Positions 38,959 through 48,974 of a stretch of 64,000 nucleotides of DNA are shown piece by piece (position 1 is the stretch's first letter; every line of letters starts with the position of its first letter). The position numbers and the translations under genes were made by a program. The notes under the pieces were generated by a model that saw only the letters and a program-made list of their open reading frames with translations, was not told the DNA's origin and did no database searches. Source of the DNA: Planctomycetota bacterium (GTDB lineage: Bacteria > Planctomycetota > Planctomycetia > Pirellulales > Pirellulaceae); assembly GCA_039029995.1 (NCBI GenBank), contig JBCCFB010000002.1, forward strand, positions 14,318 to 78,317, read 5' to 3'.

Positions 38959-41900
38959 CTATTCGCCTTTTCGCATACAACAGGATTTGTACTTCTTACC
39001 GCTGCCACATGGACACGGTTCGTTTCGACCGGTCTTTCGTCCGCGATTGCGGTAGGTATCGACCTTATTTTTGTTCTGAGATGCGTCGATTGCATCGCTC
39101 TGCTCTTTGCCGATGTCAGACTGCGGCGCGGGCTGACCCGGTAGAGCCTCATGTTTGGCACTGGTTTCGCGAAGCGTGTTGCTGACGAATCCTTCGCTCA
39201 TCTGCTCCATCCGGAATACAAGATCGGTAACGCGTTCGCCGATGGACTTCCAGAGCCCTTCGAACATCCGCATACCTTCCCGTTTGTACTCGACCTTAGG
39301 GTCAAGCTGAGCCATACCACGACTACCCACAGCACTGCGGAGGTAATCCATCGCGAGCAGGTGGTCTTTCCATGCCGAGTCCACGATCTCCAGCAGAACG
39401 ATCCGCTCCATGCGGCGAATCTCAGGGTGATAGTGATCCTCGACGATCGACTCCAGCTTTTTCTCCAGCGCCTTCCTTTCGAGCTTTTCGACTTTTTCGA
39501 GTTCGAGTTCGTGATCGAGTTCATTTTTGAACCAGCTCGTCAGTGAAGTCGCGCTTCCGTTGGCGCCCTTGAGTGGCACGTCCCCGCTGTCGGAAAGCGT
39601 GGAAACCTTCTGCTGCAAGACGGCGATCGTCTCCTGAGCCTGTTCCTGATGAGAAACACTTTTGGACACCAGCAGAGCGCGAATCTCATCACGCTGCTTG
39701 TTGCGAAGATCATCAAGCGTAACTTCCGATCCGAATCGCCGGCTGGCCCATTGGACCAGCCCTTCACGATCGATTCGTGGCTGAGCTCCTCCGCCGGTGG
39801 CCTTAACGAACTGGTACAGACCGGCCATGACCGGATATTCAGCTTCTTTCTGGTTGTATTTCTCGATCGCCAGTTCGGAAATGTGATCCTTGATCTCGTC
39901 GTCGGTGTGCATGCCTTTAAGAGTCTCAGCATCCACGTCGATTCCGAACTTGAACTTGGCCCAGCGGGTACCGGTCTTTACACCGAAGTACGGATCAAGC
40001 ATCGGGCCGCCATCGTCCAGCTCTGTTTTCTGGATCGTGGCACGGGCTTTCTGGAAGAGTGCCTCGTCGAGCATGTCGCGTCCGATGCCCTTGAGGTCTT
40101 TGGCCCTCATGCCCATGTCCCAACGGACATTGCAGAACTTCGCCAGCGCTTCCCAGTTCCAGTCGGCTTCTTCTTCACGGATGGGCAGATTCTCCTCGAT
40201 CGCACCGAGGATCTCACCCTCTGCGTTCCGTTCGGCTTCGTCGCGCGCGATCTTGATCGCTTCTCCGACGTCACGATTCTTGAAAACGCGTGATTCGAGA
40301 GTCGTGGAAAGGTGTTTTCCAGCGAACCTTGCGAACGAGTCCGGGCCGAACATCGGATCAAGGCAGGTGTTGAACTGGTGATCCACCTGTTCACGGATCA
40401 TATCGTGAACGATTTCCCGGCAGCTTACTCCATCAAGGATGTTCTGGCGGAACGTGTAGACCCGCTTTCGCTGCTCATCCATCACCTCGTCGTATTCGAG
40501 CAGGTTTTTACGAGCTTCGAAGTTGAATTCCTCCCGCTTCTTCTGAGCACCGTCAATGCGTCGCGAAACCATGCGGCTCTCGATGGGAACATCGTCGGTG
40601 AACCCGCCCATTTCCAGAATTCGCTTTACGTACGGGCCCGCGAAGATCCGCATCAGGTCATCATCCAGGGACAGGAAGAACTTGCTACTCCCCGGATCAC
40701 CCTGACGACCGCAACGACCGCGAAGCTGAAGGTCGATACGCCGCGCGTCATGTCGCTCGGTACCGATAACATGCAGGCCGCCGATATCGAGAACCTGCCT
40801 GCCCTGTTCGGACATCGAATGTTCTTTGTCTATCTCGTCAACCAGGCCGTTCCATTCATCTAAAGGTACGTCCAGCCTTGTTGCATATTTATCCTGCAGC
40901 TGAGCCCATGCCAGGTTCTCAGGGTTTCCACCCATGATAATGTCAGTACCACGACCGGCCATGTTGGTCGCGATTGTTACCGCCCCCATACGTCCAGCCT
41001 GAGCAACGATCTCGGCTTCTTTCTTGTGGAACTTCGCGTTGAGAACCTCGTGTTTGACGCCGCGCCGGTTCAGCAGGTTGCTGAGAATCTCACTCTTCTC
41101 GATCGAGACGGTACCGACCAGAACAGGACGTCCGGGAGGCTGGACCTTTTCGATCTCGCTCATCTTGAACGTAGTCGCCTTACCGTCTTCGCGACCGGAG
41201 ATGACTACTTTGCTGCTGTCCTGACTCTTGATCTTCCCGACAAAAACCTCACCATTTTTCAGGAACACCTGATCCCATTTGTGATACGCTTCGATTTCGT
41301 CAGCGACGGCGATCCATTTGAACTTCTCGGTACTGTAGATGATGTCCGGCATCTCAATACGCTGAAGCGGACGGTTGGTGGGGATCGCAATAACGTCGAG
41401 TTCATAGATCTCCCAGAACTCGTTGGCCTCGGTCATCGCTGTACCGGTCATTCCGCACAGCTTGTTGTACAGCTTGAAAAAATTCTGCAGCGTGATGGTC
41501 GCCAGCGTCTGTGTCTCTTCTTTGATCTTGACGTTTTCTTTGGCTTCAACGGCCTGATGCAAGCCGTCGCTCCATTGACGTCCTTCCATCAGACGGCCGG
41601 TGAATTCGTCAACAATCACGATCGCGCCGTCTTTGACAACGTAGTTGACGTCACGCTTGTAGAGGTGATGCGCCTTGAGCGAATTATCGATCAGGTGCGG
41701 CCACTCCATGTTTCCGGCTGTGTAAAAACTCTCCACGCCGGCCAGTTTTTCAGCGACACGTACACCCTCGTCAGTGAGCGTCGCCGTGTGGTCTTTTTCG
41801 TTGACTGTGAAGTGCTCTTCCTGCTTGAGCTGGCGGGAAATCTGATCGGCCTTGGCATACTGTGCAATATCGCGGTGAGCCGGTCCGGAAATGATCAGCG

Positions 41901-42651
41901 GAGTACGCGCTTCGTCGATAAGAATATTGTCAACTTCGTCAATAATCGCATAGGCAAGCGGACCCTGCGATTGCTGGCGCGGCTTGGGAAAGCGATCATC
42001 GCCCCGTGCTGCCGGACGCATGTTGTCGCGCAGATAGTCAAATCCGAATTCGTTGTTGGTTCCATAGGTGATGTCACAGGCGTACGCCATCTGACGATCA
42101 CGAACAGGCATGTTTGATTGAATCGCGCCGACTGTCAGTCCGAGGCCCATGTAGAGCGGAGCCATCCATTCCATATCACGACGTGCGAGATAGTCGTTGA
42201 CGGTAACAACGTGAACTCCGTTGTCCGACAGCGCGTTGAGATACGCAGGAAGTGTCGCTACGAGTGTTTTACCTTCACCGGTAACCATCTCGGCGACTGC
42301 ACCGGAGTGCAGCACCATTCCACCGATCAGCTGCACGTCGTAGTGCCGCATCTCCAGAAATCGTTTGCCGCCTTCCCGGCAAACCGCAAATGCTTCAATC
42401 AGAATGTCGTCGAGAGTCTCACCGTCTCTGATCCGCTTCCTGAAGAGCTCTGTCTGCTCGCGCAGCTCTTCCTCGGTCATCTTCTCGTAGCGCCCCTCAA
42501 GAGCATTGATCGCATCGACCCTGCCCTGCATCTTCTTGACCGTCCGCGCATTGGACGACCCGAACATGTTGGTGATCAATCGTTCAAAGCCGCGCAGCAG
42601 GCTGTTGAAGAAATAGGTTATGTTGTCCCAGAGTTGTTCCAGCTGTTCCAT
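38959..42651 (-). CDS. secA: Preprotein translocase subunit SecA, enlarged (1230 aa)
   Basis: RHYDVQLIGG, EMVTGEGKT, DEVDNILIDEARTPLIISG, ATNMAGRGTDI, RIDLQLRGRCGRQGDPG, SEC-C GRNEPCPCGSGKKYKSCC. Confidence 0.98.
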   Translation of the reverse strand: MEQLEQLWDNITYFFNSLLRGFERLITNMFGSSNARTVKKMQGRVDAINALEGRYEKMTEEELREQTELFRKRIRDGETLDDILIEAFAVCREGGKRFLEMRHYDVQLIGGMVLHSGAVAEMVTGEGKTLVATLPAYLNALSDNGVHVVTVNDYLARRDMEWMAPLYMGLGLTVGAIQSNMPVRDRQMAYACDITYGTNNEFGFDYLRDNMRPAARGDDRFPKPRQQSQGPLAYAIIDEVDNILIDEARTPLIISGPAHRDIAQYAKADQISRQLKQEEHFTVNEKDHTATLTDEGVRVAEKLAGVESFYTAGNMEWPHLIDNSLKAHHLYKRDVNYVVKDGAIVIVDEFTGRLMEGRQWSDGLHQAVEAKENVKIKEETQTLATITLQNFFKLYNKLCGMTGTAMTEANEFWEIYELDVIAIPTNRPLQRIEMPDIIYSTEKFKWIAVADEIEAYHKWDQVFLKNGEVFVGKIKSQDSSKVVISGREDGKATTFKMSEIEKVQPPGRPVLVGTVSIEKSEILSNLLNRRGVKHEVLNAKFHKKEAEIVAQAGRMGAVTIATNMAGRGTDIIMGGNPENLAWAQLQDKYATRLDVPLDEWNGLVDEIDKEHSMSEQGRQVLDIGGLHVIGTERHDARRIDLQLRGRCGRQGDPGSSKFFLSLDDDLMRIFAGPYVKRILEMGGFTDDVPIESRMVSRRIDGAQKKREEFNFEARKNLLEYDEVMDEQRKRVYTFRQNILDGVSCREIVHDMIREQVDHQFNTCLDPMFGPDSFARFAGKHLSTTLESRVFKNRDVGEAIKIARDEAERNAEGEILGAIEENLPIREEEADWNWEALAKFCNVRWDMGMRAKDLKGIGRDMLDEALFQKARATIQKTELDDGGPMLDPYFGVKTGTRWAKFKFGIDVDAETLKGMHTDDEIKDHISELAIEKYNQKEAEYPVMAGLYQFVKATGGGAQPRIDREGLVQWASRRFGSEVTLDDLRNKQRDEIRALLVSKSVSHQEQAQETIAVLQQKVSTLSDSGDVPLKGANGSATSLTSWFKNELDHELELEKVEKLERKALEKKLESIVEDHYHPEIRRMERIVLLEIVDSAWKDHLLAMDYLRSAVGSRGMAQLDPKVEYKREGMRMFEGLWKSIGERVTDLVFRMEQMSEGFVSNTLRETSAKHEALPGQPAPQSDIGKEQSDAIDASQNKNKVDTYRNRGRKTGRNEPCPCGSGKKYKSCCMRKGE

Positions 42652-43374
42652 GTTCGTGCATCACCGGTTTGTTTTTGCAACAAACGATGTTGATTGATTC
42701 GAGTCGTGCCGGGCAGGCAAGCCGCGGCTGGCGGATCCAAAAAAGGTGTCGTCGAGAGCCGATCCGGCGAAACGCGCCTATCCTGCTGATGCGCGTCCGT
42801 AACCCTGACCGCCACGGTGAGTGCGGAGACGGCGGTTCATTTTGCGGCAGAATCCCTGGGGCCGGTCAAAATGGAAAAATCAGCTTAAATCCGCTTCCGG
42901 TAACAGATTATAGTCCTCTCTGATAACGGTCAACGGAGATCATTCCGCCTGCAGGATACTTAACGGGAACCGCGCTGGATGCGTCATCCATAATACGGCC
43001 CCGGGAGTCCGTTTATGCACGTGTCAGGATGGCTTCTCATGACAGTCCCGCACTGAATTGCAATTCACATGCCGCGCCTTGCACCGTTATCCGCTGCCAA
43101 CGCTAACCTCAGGCCCCGAAACGGGCTGAATTGACTCTGTTGCGACCCAAAAACAAACGAGTTTGCTGTTTTCGCAGCAGCAACCGGTTCAAACTGCCAG
43201 ATATTGCTGCCATATTGCCAGCTTCCGGATGGGCTGGCTGCCAGCCTAGAACAGGTCCGGATCCGTTCTGTCAACGCACAATTATTTCTGCGCAGAAGCG
43301 CGATTTCGTCTTACACTCCGGACTCAAACCCTGTGGCCAGGAAACAGATCCGCACAACCGACATCTCGGGCAGA

Positions 43375-44142
43375 ATGATCCTGCTGGGTACCGGCACATC
43401 CGTCGGAGTACCGGCGATCGGGTGCAGCTGCGCTGTCTGCATCAGCGATGATCCGAAGCACAATCGGACCCGCGCCAGCGCGATTCTCGGTCTTCCGGAC
43501 GGCAACCTGCTGATCGATACATCTCCGGATCTTCGCCACCAGCTGCTGCGCGAGCAGATTGGAATTGTTGATAGCGTAATCTTCACCCATGAACACGCTG
43601 ACCACATCATGGGGTTCGATGATCTCCGTCTGTTCCAGTTTTATCTCGGCCACGCTGTTCCGGTTTACTGCACGCCGACCGTGCAGGCGCGACTGAAGAA
43701 GTCGTTTGACTATGCATTCAGCGGTGCAGAGGTGACACATACAGGCGCCGTACCTGCGATTGATCTGATGCTGTTTGACGATGAGCCTTTGGAAATTCTC
43801 GGCGCAGAAATTGTGCCGATACCACTGAAGCACGGCCCCCGGTTTGATGTGCATGGATTCCGGATCGGCAACGTCGCCTACTGCACTGACTGCAATGAGA
43901 TTCCTGATTCAAGCCGGGATCTGTTGCAGGGACTGGACACCCTTGTCCTTGACGGTCTGCGCGAAAACGAACATGCCACTCACTTCAACATTGAGCAGGC
44001 AGTCGAGGTCGCAACCGCGCTCGGTGCTGGAATGACATGGCTCACGCATTGCGCCTGCAGTGTTGACTACAAAGAGGTCAACAAGAATCTTCCCGATAAT
44101 ATCCAGATCAGCTACGACGGATTGAGTATCGATCTGACGTAG
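43375..44142 (+). CDS. MBL-fold hydrolase, PhnP-like phosphodiesterase family
   Basis: LLGTGTSVGVP..GC.C.VC, RTRASA, THEHADHIMGFDDLR, AYCTD, TH; ATG 43375 (may start slightly upstream). Confidence 0.92.
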   Translation: MILLGTGTSVGVPAIGCSCAVCISDDPKHNRTRASAILGLPDGNLLIDTSPDLRHQLLREQIGIVDSVIFTHEHADHIMGFDDLRLFQFYLGHAVPVYCTPTVQARLKKSFDYAFSGAEVTHTGAVPAIDLMLFDDEPLEILGAEIVPIPLKHGPRFDVHGFRIGNVAYCTDCNEIPDSSRDLLQGLDTLVLDGLRENEHATHFNIEQAVEVATALGAGMTWLTHCACSVDYKEVNKNLPDNIQISYDGLSIDLT

Positions 44143-44163
44143 TCCGGTACGAAGGGTACTCGC

Positions 44164-44664
44164 TTGCAAATCAAAGTATTCGTCGGAAGCGTACTGGAAG
44201 TAGCTGCTGACCTGCTCATCTGTACCGCCAATCCCTGGCTGAACATGTCCGGTGGCGTCAACGGCGTCGTCGCCGAACGCGCTCCGGAAGTGCAAATAGA
44301 GTTGAAAGACCACCTGACATCGATCGGTGCAAAATCATTTCCCGCAGGAACCGTCGTTAGAACCTCTGCGGGTAATCTGCCGTTCGATCACATTGTTCAT
44401 GCAATTGCAATCGACCCGTTTTATGACACTTCGCGTGAACTAGTCTCGAAAACACTGATGGCGGCGTTTGACATGGCCGTGTCGCTGGAGTCAAGAGTCG
44501 TCGCAATGCCAACTCTCGCTACTGGATACGGGCCGATGACGGTCGAACAATTCGCCGGCGTGTTTGCAGAGACTATCCCCGGTTGCTACGAATTGGAAGT
44601 TGTAACGCTCGCCGTTCTCACGGCTGAAAACGCACAGATCGTTCGCGAAGCGCTCGCGGATTGA
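44164..44664 (+). CDS. Macro domain protein
   Basis: GSVLEVAADLLICTAN..LNMSGGVN, TSAGNL...IVHA, VAMPTLATGYG; TTG start. Confidence 0.85.
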   Translation: MQIKVFVGSVLEVAADLLICTANPWLNMSGGVNGVVAERAPEVQIELKDHLTSIGAKSFPAGTVVRTSAGNLPFDHIVHAIAIDPFYDTSRELVSKTLMAAFDMAVSLESRVVAMPTLATGYGPMTVEQFAGVFAETIPGCYELEVVTLAVLTAENAQIVREALAD

Positions 44665-44679
44665 CTAGCGGAAGGCAAC

Positions 44680-44711
44680 AAAAAAGGCACGAAGCGATGC
44701 TTCGTGCCTTT
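44680..44711. terminator. Bidirectional Rho-independent terminator
   Basis: AAAGGCACGAAGC-gat-GCTTCGTGCCTTT between convergent genes. Confidence 0.88.
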
Positions 44712-44734
44712 GACTCGTTATTCAGCCGAATGCT

Positions 44735-46903
44735 CTAACGGCTTGCGATCGGCTTGTCCTTGATCATGTCCATGTAATCGGCTGTGATCTTGAGGACTTC
44801 CTCGAGATAGTAGGTCATCTCGATGTCACCGTCGTTATCCATCTGCTCTTCAATCGCATCCTCGTCAGCCTGTTCAGCGCTGAGTTCGGCACGACGAGCC
44901 ATGAATTCCTCTTCGTTGAGCGAAACGGACGTCCGTTCCTTCTGCTCGACGTACTGTTCGATGCGTCGCATCTCGCGTGCGAAATCGTCGGATTCGTTGA
45001 CGCGTGATTGGGAACGCTGACGAACCGAAGAAAGAACGTCTGAAGGGACCAGCGAGTATTCCTCGTGGCTGGCTTCCGGGATGCGGTCGAATTCAACGGG
45101 GTAATCCAGGTCGGATTCGCTAACATCCATATGGTCGTAGATCGAAGGCAGGATGATATCCGACAGGACGCCACGCTTCTGAGTACTGTCGCCGTTCGGA
45201 CGATAGAACTGCTGCATGGTGATTTTCAGAGCGCCGAAGTAGTTGGGCGGACGACGGACTTTGAACATCAGCTGATTAAGGTCAATCAGATTCTGGACAG
45301 TTCCTTTGCCGTGAGTCGTCGTGTCACCGACGACCAGTCCACGACCGTAGTCCTGAACAGCTCCCGCGAGAATCTCACTCGCACTGGCACTGAACCGGCT
45401 GGTGAGGACAACGAGTGGCTTGTCCCACGCCATTCCGACATCTTCATCGTTGTGCTTTTGAATCTGTCCGTAAGCGTCTTTGACCTGGACAACCGGACCT
45501 GCATCAATGAACAGCCCCGTGCAATCGATGGCTTCGCGAAGTGAACCGCCGCCATTCTTGCGAAGATCAAGCACTACTGCCTGAACGCCCTGTTCATTGA
45601 ATTCGCCGAGAATGCGAGCAACATCGCGGGTCGTACTGCGGGCACCACCGTCGCGTCCGCCCATGTCGGCATAGAAGCTCGGCAGTTCGATGATTCCGAT
45701 CGAATAGACTTCGCCATCAGCGCCTTCCTGTTCGAACACTCTGCCTTTGGCAGCACTCTCTTCGAGGTCGATCTGTTCGCGAACGATTTCGATCGTTTTT
45801 GTCACGTCGTCCGAAACGACGCGAAGCCGTACAACAGTCCCGGCGCTTCCGCGGATCATTGCAACGACGTCGTCCAGCTTCATTCCGGTGACGTCATTGA
45901 AGTCGTTGCCGTACTTGTCTACGAGTTTGCGATCGGCCAGGGTGCCGTCTTCCATTGCCTGGGCAACGGCGATGATCTTGTCGTCGACTTTGAGCTCACC
46001 CTGCTTGTCCGCGGCACCGCCGGTGACAATGCGTTTAATAACGGTGAATCCGTCGTCGGTCGCCTGCAATGTGGCGCCGATACCTTCAAGCTGCAGACGC
46101 ATGTCGATAAGAAAGTTCTCAAAGCGACTGGCGTGCATGTACTCGGTATGTGGATCAAAGCTGTTGGTGATCGCCGAGACGTACATCTGGATGACGTCCT
46201 GGTTGTCCAGTTGATGCATCCGTTGTGCAAACCCTGTGTATCGCTTGCGCAGCAGTTCTTTCGGATCGTCCTGGACATCAGAGGCTTCTTCGCCATCTTC
46301 TTCGCTTTCTTCGCCATCTTCATCGTTCTTGAGAACGAGAAGGTTGTACTTGATACGTTTACGCCAGACTTCGTGAGCTTCCTCATCGGTGACGGGGAAG
46401 TCGATGGCGTCACGATCGGTGACGAGTTCTTCATCGATCGTAAAATCGTGTTCTGCATCGATCAGCTCGATTGCAGCTTCCACCCGCTGGTCAACGCGTT
46501 CGAGGAAACGATTGAACACCATAAAGCAGATTTCGTAATCGCCGTTCTTCATGCGATCATCGAGTTCGTCTTTCCATTGGGAAAACTCTTCAATATCGCT
46601 CTTAAGGAAGTAGGTCTTCATCGGGTCAAGCGACTTGATGAAAAGGTCGAAGGCACGTTCGGAAATCGTGTCGTCAAGCTCGCGTGCGCTGAGGTGATCA
46701 CGCTGCATCAACGTGGCCACAAGCTTCGATACCTGCCGGTCGATGGTTGAGGTTTCGCCAAGTTCGTCAGCCGGACAGGTCGATGTCATTAACCAACCGG
46801 AAGACACTGCAACCGCAACTAACAGGGCGATCTGTCTTATGGGGAGGCATCGAATATTTACACGCATATGTGGATCCTTTTCTGGTGGTATCCGGAAGGT
46901 CAT
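44735..46903 (-). CDS. prc: Carboxy-terminal processing protease (S41, Tsp/Prc type)
   Basis: DPHTEY, LEGIGA, PDZ, DLRKNGGGSL, SASASEILAGAVQDYGR, GKGTVQ, QFYRPNGDSTQKRGV.SDI. Confidence 0.94.
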   Translation of the reverse strand: MTFRIPPEKDPHMRVNIRCLPIRQIALLVAVAVSSGWLMTSTCPADELGETSTIDRQVSKLVATLMQRDHLSARELDDTISERAFDLFIKSLDPMKTYFLKSDIEEFSQWKDELDDRMKNGDYEICFMVFNRFLERVDQRVEAAIELIDAEHDFTIDEELVTDRDAIDFPVTDEEAHEVWRKRIKYNLLVLKNDEDGEESEEDGEEASDVQDDPKELLRKRYTGFAQRMHQLDNQDVIQMYVSAITNSFDPHTEYMHASRFENFLIDMRLQLEGIGATLQATDDGFTVIKRIVTGGAADKQGELKVDDKIIAVAQAMEDGTLADRKLVDKYGNDFNDVTGMKLDDVVAMIRGSAGTVVRLRVVSDDVTKTIEIVREQIDLEESAAKGRVFEQEGADGEVYSIGIIELPSFYADMGGRDGGARSTTRDVARILGEFNEQGVQAVVLDLRKNGGGSLREAIDCTGLFIDAGPVVQVKDAYGQIQKHNDEDVGMAWDKPLVVLTSRFSASASEILAGAVQDYGRGLVVGDTTTHGKGTVQNLIDLNQLMFKVRRPPNYFGALKITMQQFYRPNGDSTQKRGVLSDIILPSIYDHMDVSESDLDYPVEFDRIPEASHEEYSLVPSDVLSSVRQRSQSRVNESDDFAREMRRIEQYVEQKERTSVSLNEEEFMARRAELSAEQADEDAIEEQMDNDGDIEMTYYLEEVLKITADYMDMIKDKPIASR

Positions 46904-47181
46904 AGACCTCGTATCTTAACAATTCGTGGCGCCGGAATCCTAGGCATTGGGTCTGACACCGGCAATATCGATTTACGTTTGAAATCGCCCCGTAGTGTCA
47001 CCAATCCCGTTGTTTTCCGGGAATTCCCATCAGATAAACCCCATATCGACAATTCGGCTCCGCTTGCGTTCGGGAAATTACATACGGAATCGTTCAGGTC
47101 ATCAATTAACGGGTCTCAAATTGCTGTTAGCGGGCCACGCGCAACATTTCACCGGCCCGCCCCATAGCAATTGCATCCCGT

Positions 47182-48681
47182 TTACCTGCCGGGAATAGCA
47201 ACCTCTAGATAACCGACAACGGTCTCCGGAGATTCACTCTGGCCGTCGGTCACGAACCCCGGACTGACGCGAATCTCATACATGCCATTGACGGGAACGT
47301 TGTCAGGGAAGTTCCAGTCGGCATAGATCAGTTCCCAGAGGCCGTCCCCCCGCGGCCCGCCGGTGATATAGCTGATTCCGAACGAGCCAGCCGGGCCGGT
47401 GACCGTAACGTCGCCGCCGGCTCCAAACTGAGGAAAGCTAACCGGCGACCCTGCCTGGCCGAAAATTGCAATTCCCACAGGTCCTGTCGGTACGCTCGTA
47501 ATCGCCGGAGGTTGAGAAAGCAGCCTGACTTTCGGTGCAAAATCTGCGTCTTCAAATTTCTTGATTTCAATCTCGCGCAAATCGAGATCCGTGTACTGCC
47601 CTGACCTAGCCGGTGGCGTCCAGACCCAGACGGTGGCAAAGCGGGTTTCTTCGGGAACGACGAAGTCAGTCAGCCGCGGACCGTTTGCATCAAGCCTGAC
47701 ATCTGTGATTTCATTCCAGCTCGAATCGAAAAAGTCGATACCGATTGTTCCGTAGTGATTTTGAACGGAATTGAAACCGCCAAAGACCGGAATGTTGTCT
47801 ACAAGAGTCCGGAAGCTGTAGCGTTCGCCGGGCTGAACGTTGATCTGCTGCCACATGACGGCGGCTTCCGAGTAGTTACCGACGCGAACGCTACCGGTCG
47901 GTTGAAACGGCCTGACGGAGTCATTGAACGGATTGAGCACACGCCAGAAGTCGTCGCCTGAAAACTCCGGGAACAACTCGTCAGCACCATAGGGGCGGTC
48001 CGGATAGAAATCCTGACCAGCCAGATCTGCAATCCCGCGGAAGTCTGTCGTGCCGTTGAACAACAAGTTTCGAAATTCGCTTTCAGCAGCGCGATACCTG
48101 AGCCCGACCGGACGACGCACGTCGTAGGAAAACTGTCCGAATTGAAAGTAGTTGTAGATGCCAAAGTTGTCTGCATACGTGACATCGTTCGCTCCGACGT
48201 TCCAGACCCAGATCACGGCAAACCTCGCGCCCGCTGGAATGCGCGCTCCAAGGGTGGTCGGCCGGACATCATCAAAATCCGGAGGCTGAACGACCGGTGA
48301 GCTAACCGTCACCGGAATCTTTTTTTCTTCACGTCGGAGAAAGTTGAAGTTGACGTCGTAGTAGTTGATCCCGAACCCTGCATAGCCATCTGTGGAACCA
48401 TCCAGCGATTGATGCACCGCTTTGATACTAAGCAGGTGATGGTTGGAATTCCGGAAAATCGGCACGATCTGATAGGCGCCGCTGTCGGCACCTGTCAGTT
48501 CAAGTGAACCGGCTTCCGCCAGTGATTGACCGGAATTAGACCTCCAGTTGCGCGCCTCTTCCGGATTCCAGAAACCGGGGTTGTTCGATTGGAGTTCAAG
48601 TTGCTGGGCGTTTACCTGAACAACAAGAAGGGAAAGGACAATTAGAACCGGCGCAGAAATTGCGCGAAAAATTTGTGTCAT
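47182..48681 (-). CDS. Secreted hypothetical protein with two CBM-like beta-sandwich modules
   Basis: From ATG 48681 a signal peptide; repeated GY(A)GFGINYYD...IPAGARFAVIWVW and HYGTIGIDFFD...VPEETRFATVWVW. Confidence 0.7.
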   Translation of the reverse strand: MTQIFRAISAPVLIVLSLLVVQVNAQQLELQSNNPGFWNPEEARNWRSNSGQSLAEAGSLELTGADSGAYQIVPIFRNSNHHLLSIKAVHQSLDGSTDGYAGFGINYYDVNFNFLRREEKKIPVTVSSPVVQPPDFDDVRPTTLGARIPAGARFAVIWVWNVGANDVTYADNFGIYNYFQFGQFSYDVRRPVGLRYRAAESEFRNLLFNGTTDFRGIADLAGQDFYPDRPYGADELFPEFSGDDFWRVLNPFNDSVRPFQPTGSVRVGNYSEAAVMWQQINVQPGERYSFRTLVDNIPVFGGFNSVQNHYGTIGIDFFDSSWNEITDVRLDANGPRLTDFVVPEETRFATVWVWTPPARSGQYTDLDLREIEIKKFEDADFAPKVRLLSQPPAITSVPTGPVGIAIFGQAGSPVSFPQFGAGGDVTVTGPAGSFGISYITGGPRGDGLWELIYADWNFPDNVPVNGMYEIRVSPGFVTDGQSESPETVVGYLEVAIPGR

Positions 48682-48974
48682 GGTGACTATCTCGAATGCA
48701 TGAGGGTGCCCTGATGCGATATCAGGGAGAGTCAATGCTGCGGCCAGGAGGTACCGCTTGTCTAAGTAGAACCGGTATTCTAGTAAGAACGCATAGTCTG
48801 TGCGCACCAATTCGAACGGGAGAAGAAATTTCAACCAGAGAGTCAGGCGACATGAATACCGGATGATCGACGGACATGCCCCGGGAAACTATACTGACCG
48901 TCTGACGAGGCACGGTAGACCTGCCAGCTATCCACAAGGTTCCACACCTATCTTTTCCTACTCGTGGGCCGGGG

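Noticed and set aside
41026-42693. Long plus-strand ORFs (363 aa and 191 aa)
   Set aside because: Antisense to conserved secA; typical shadows in GC-rich DNA.
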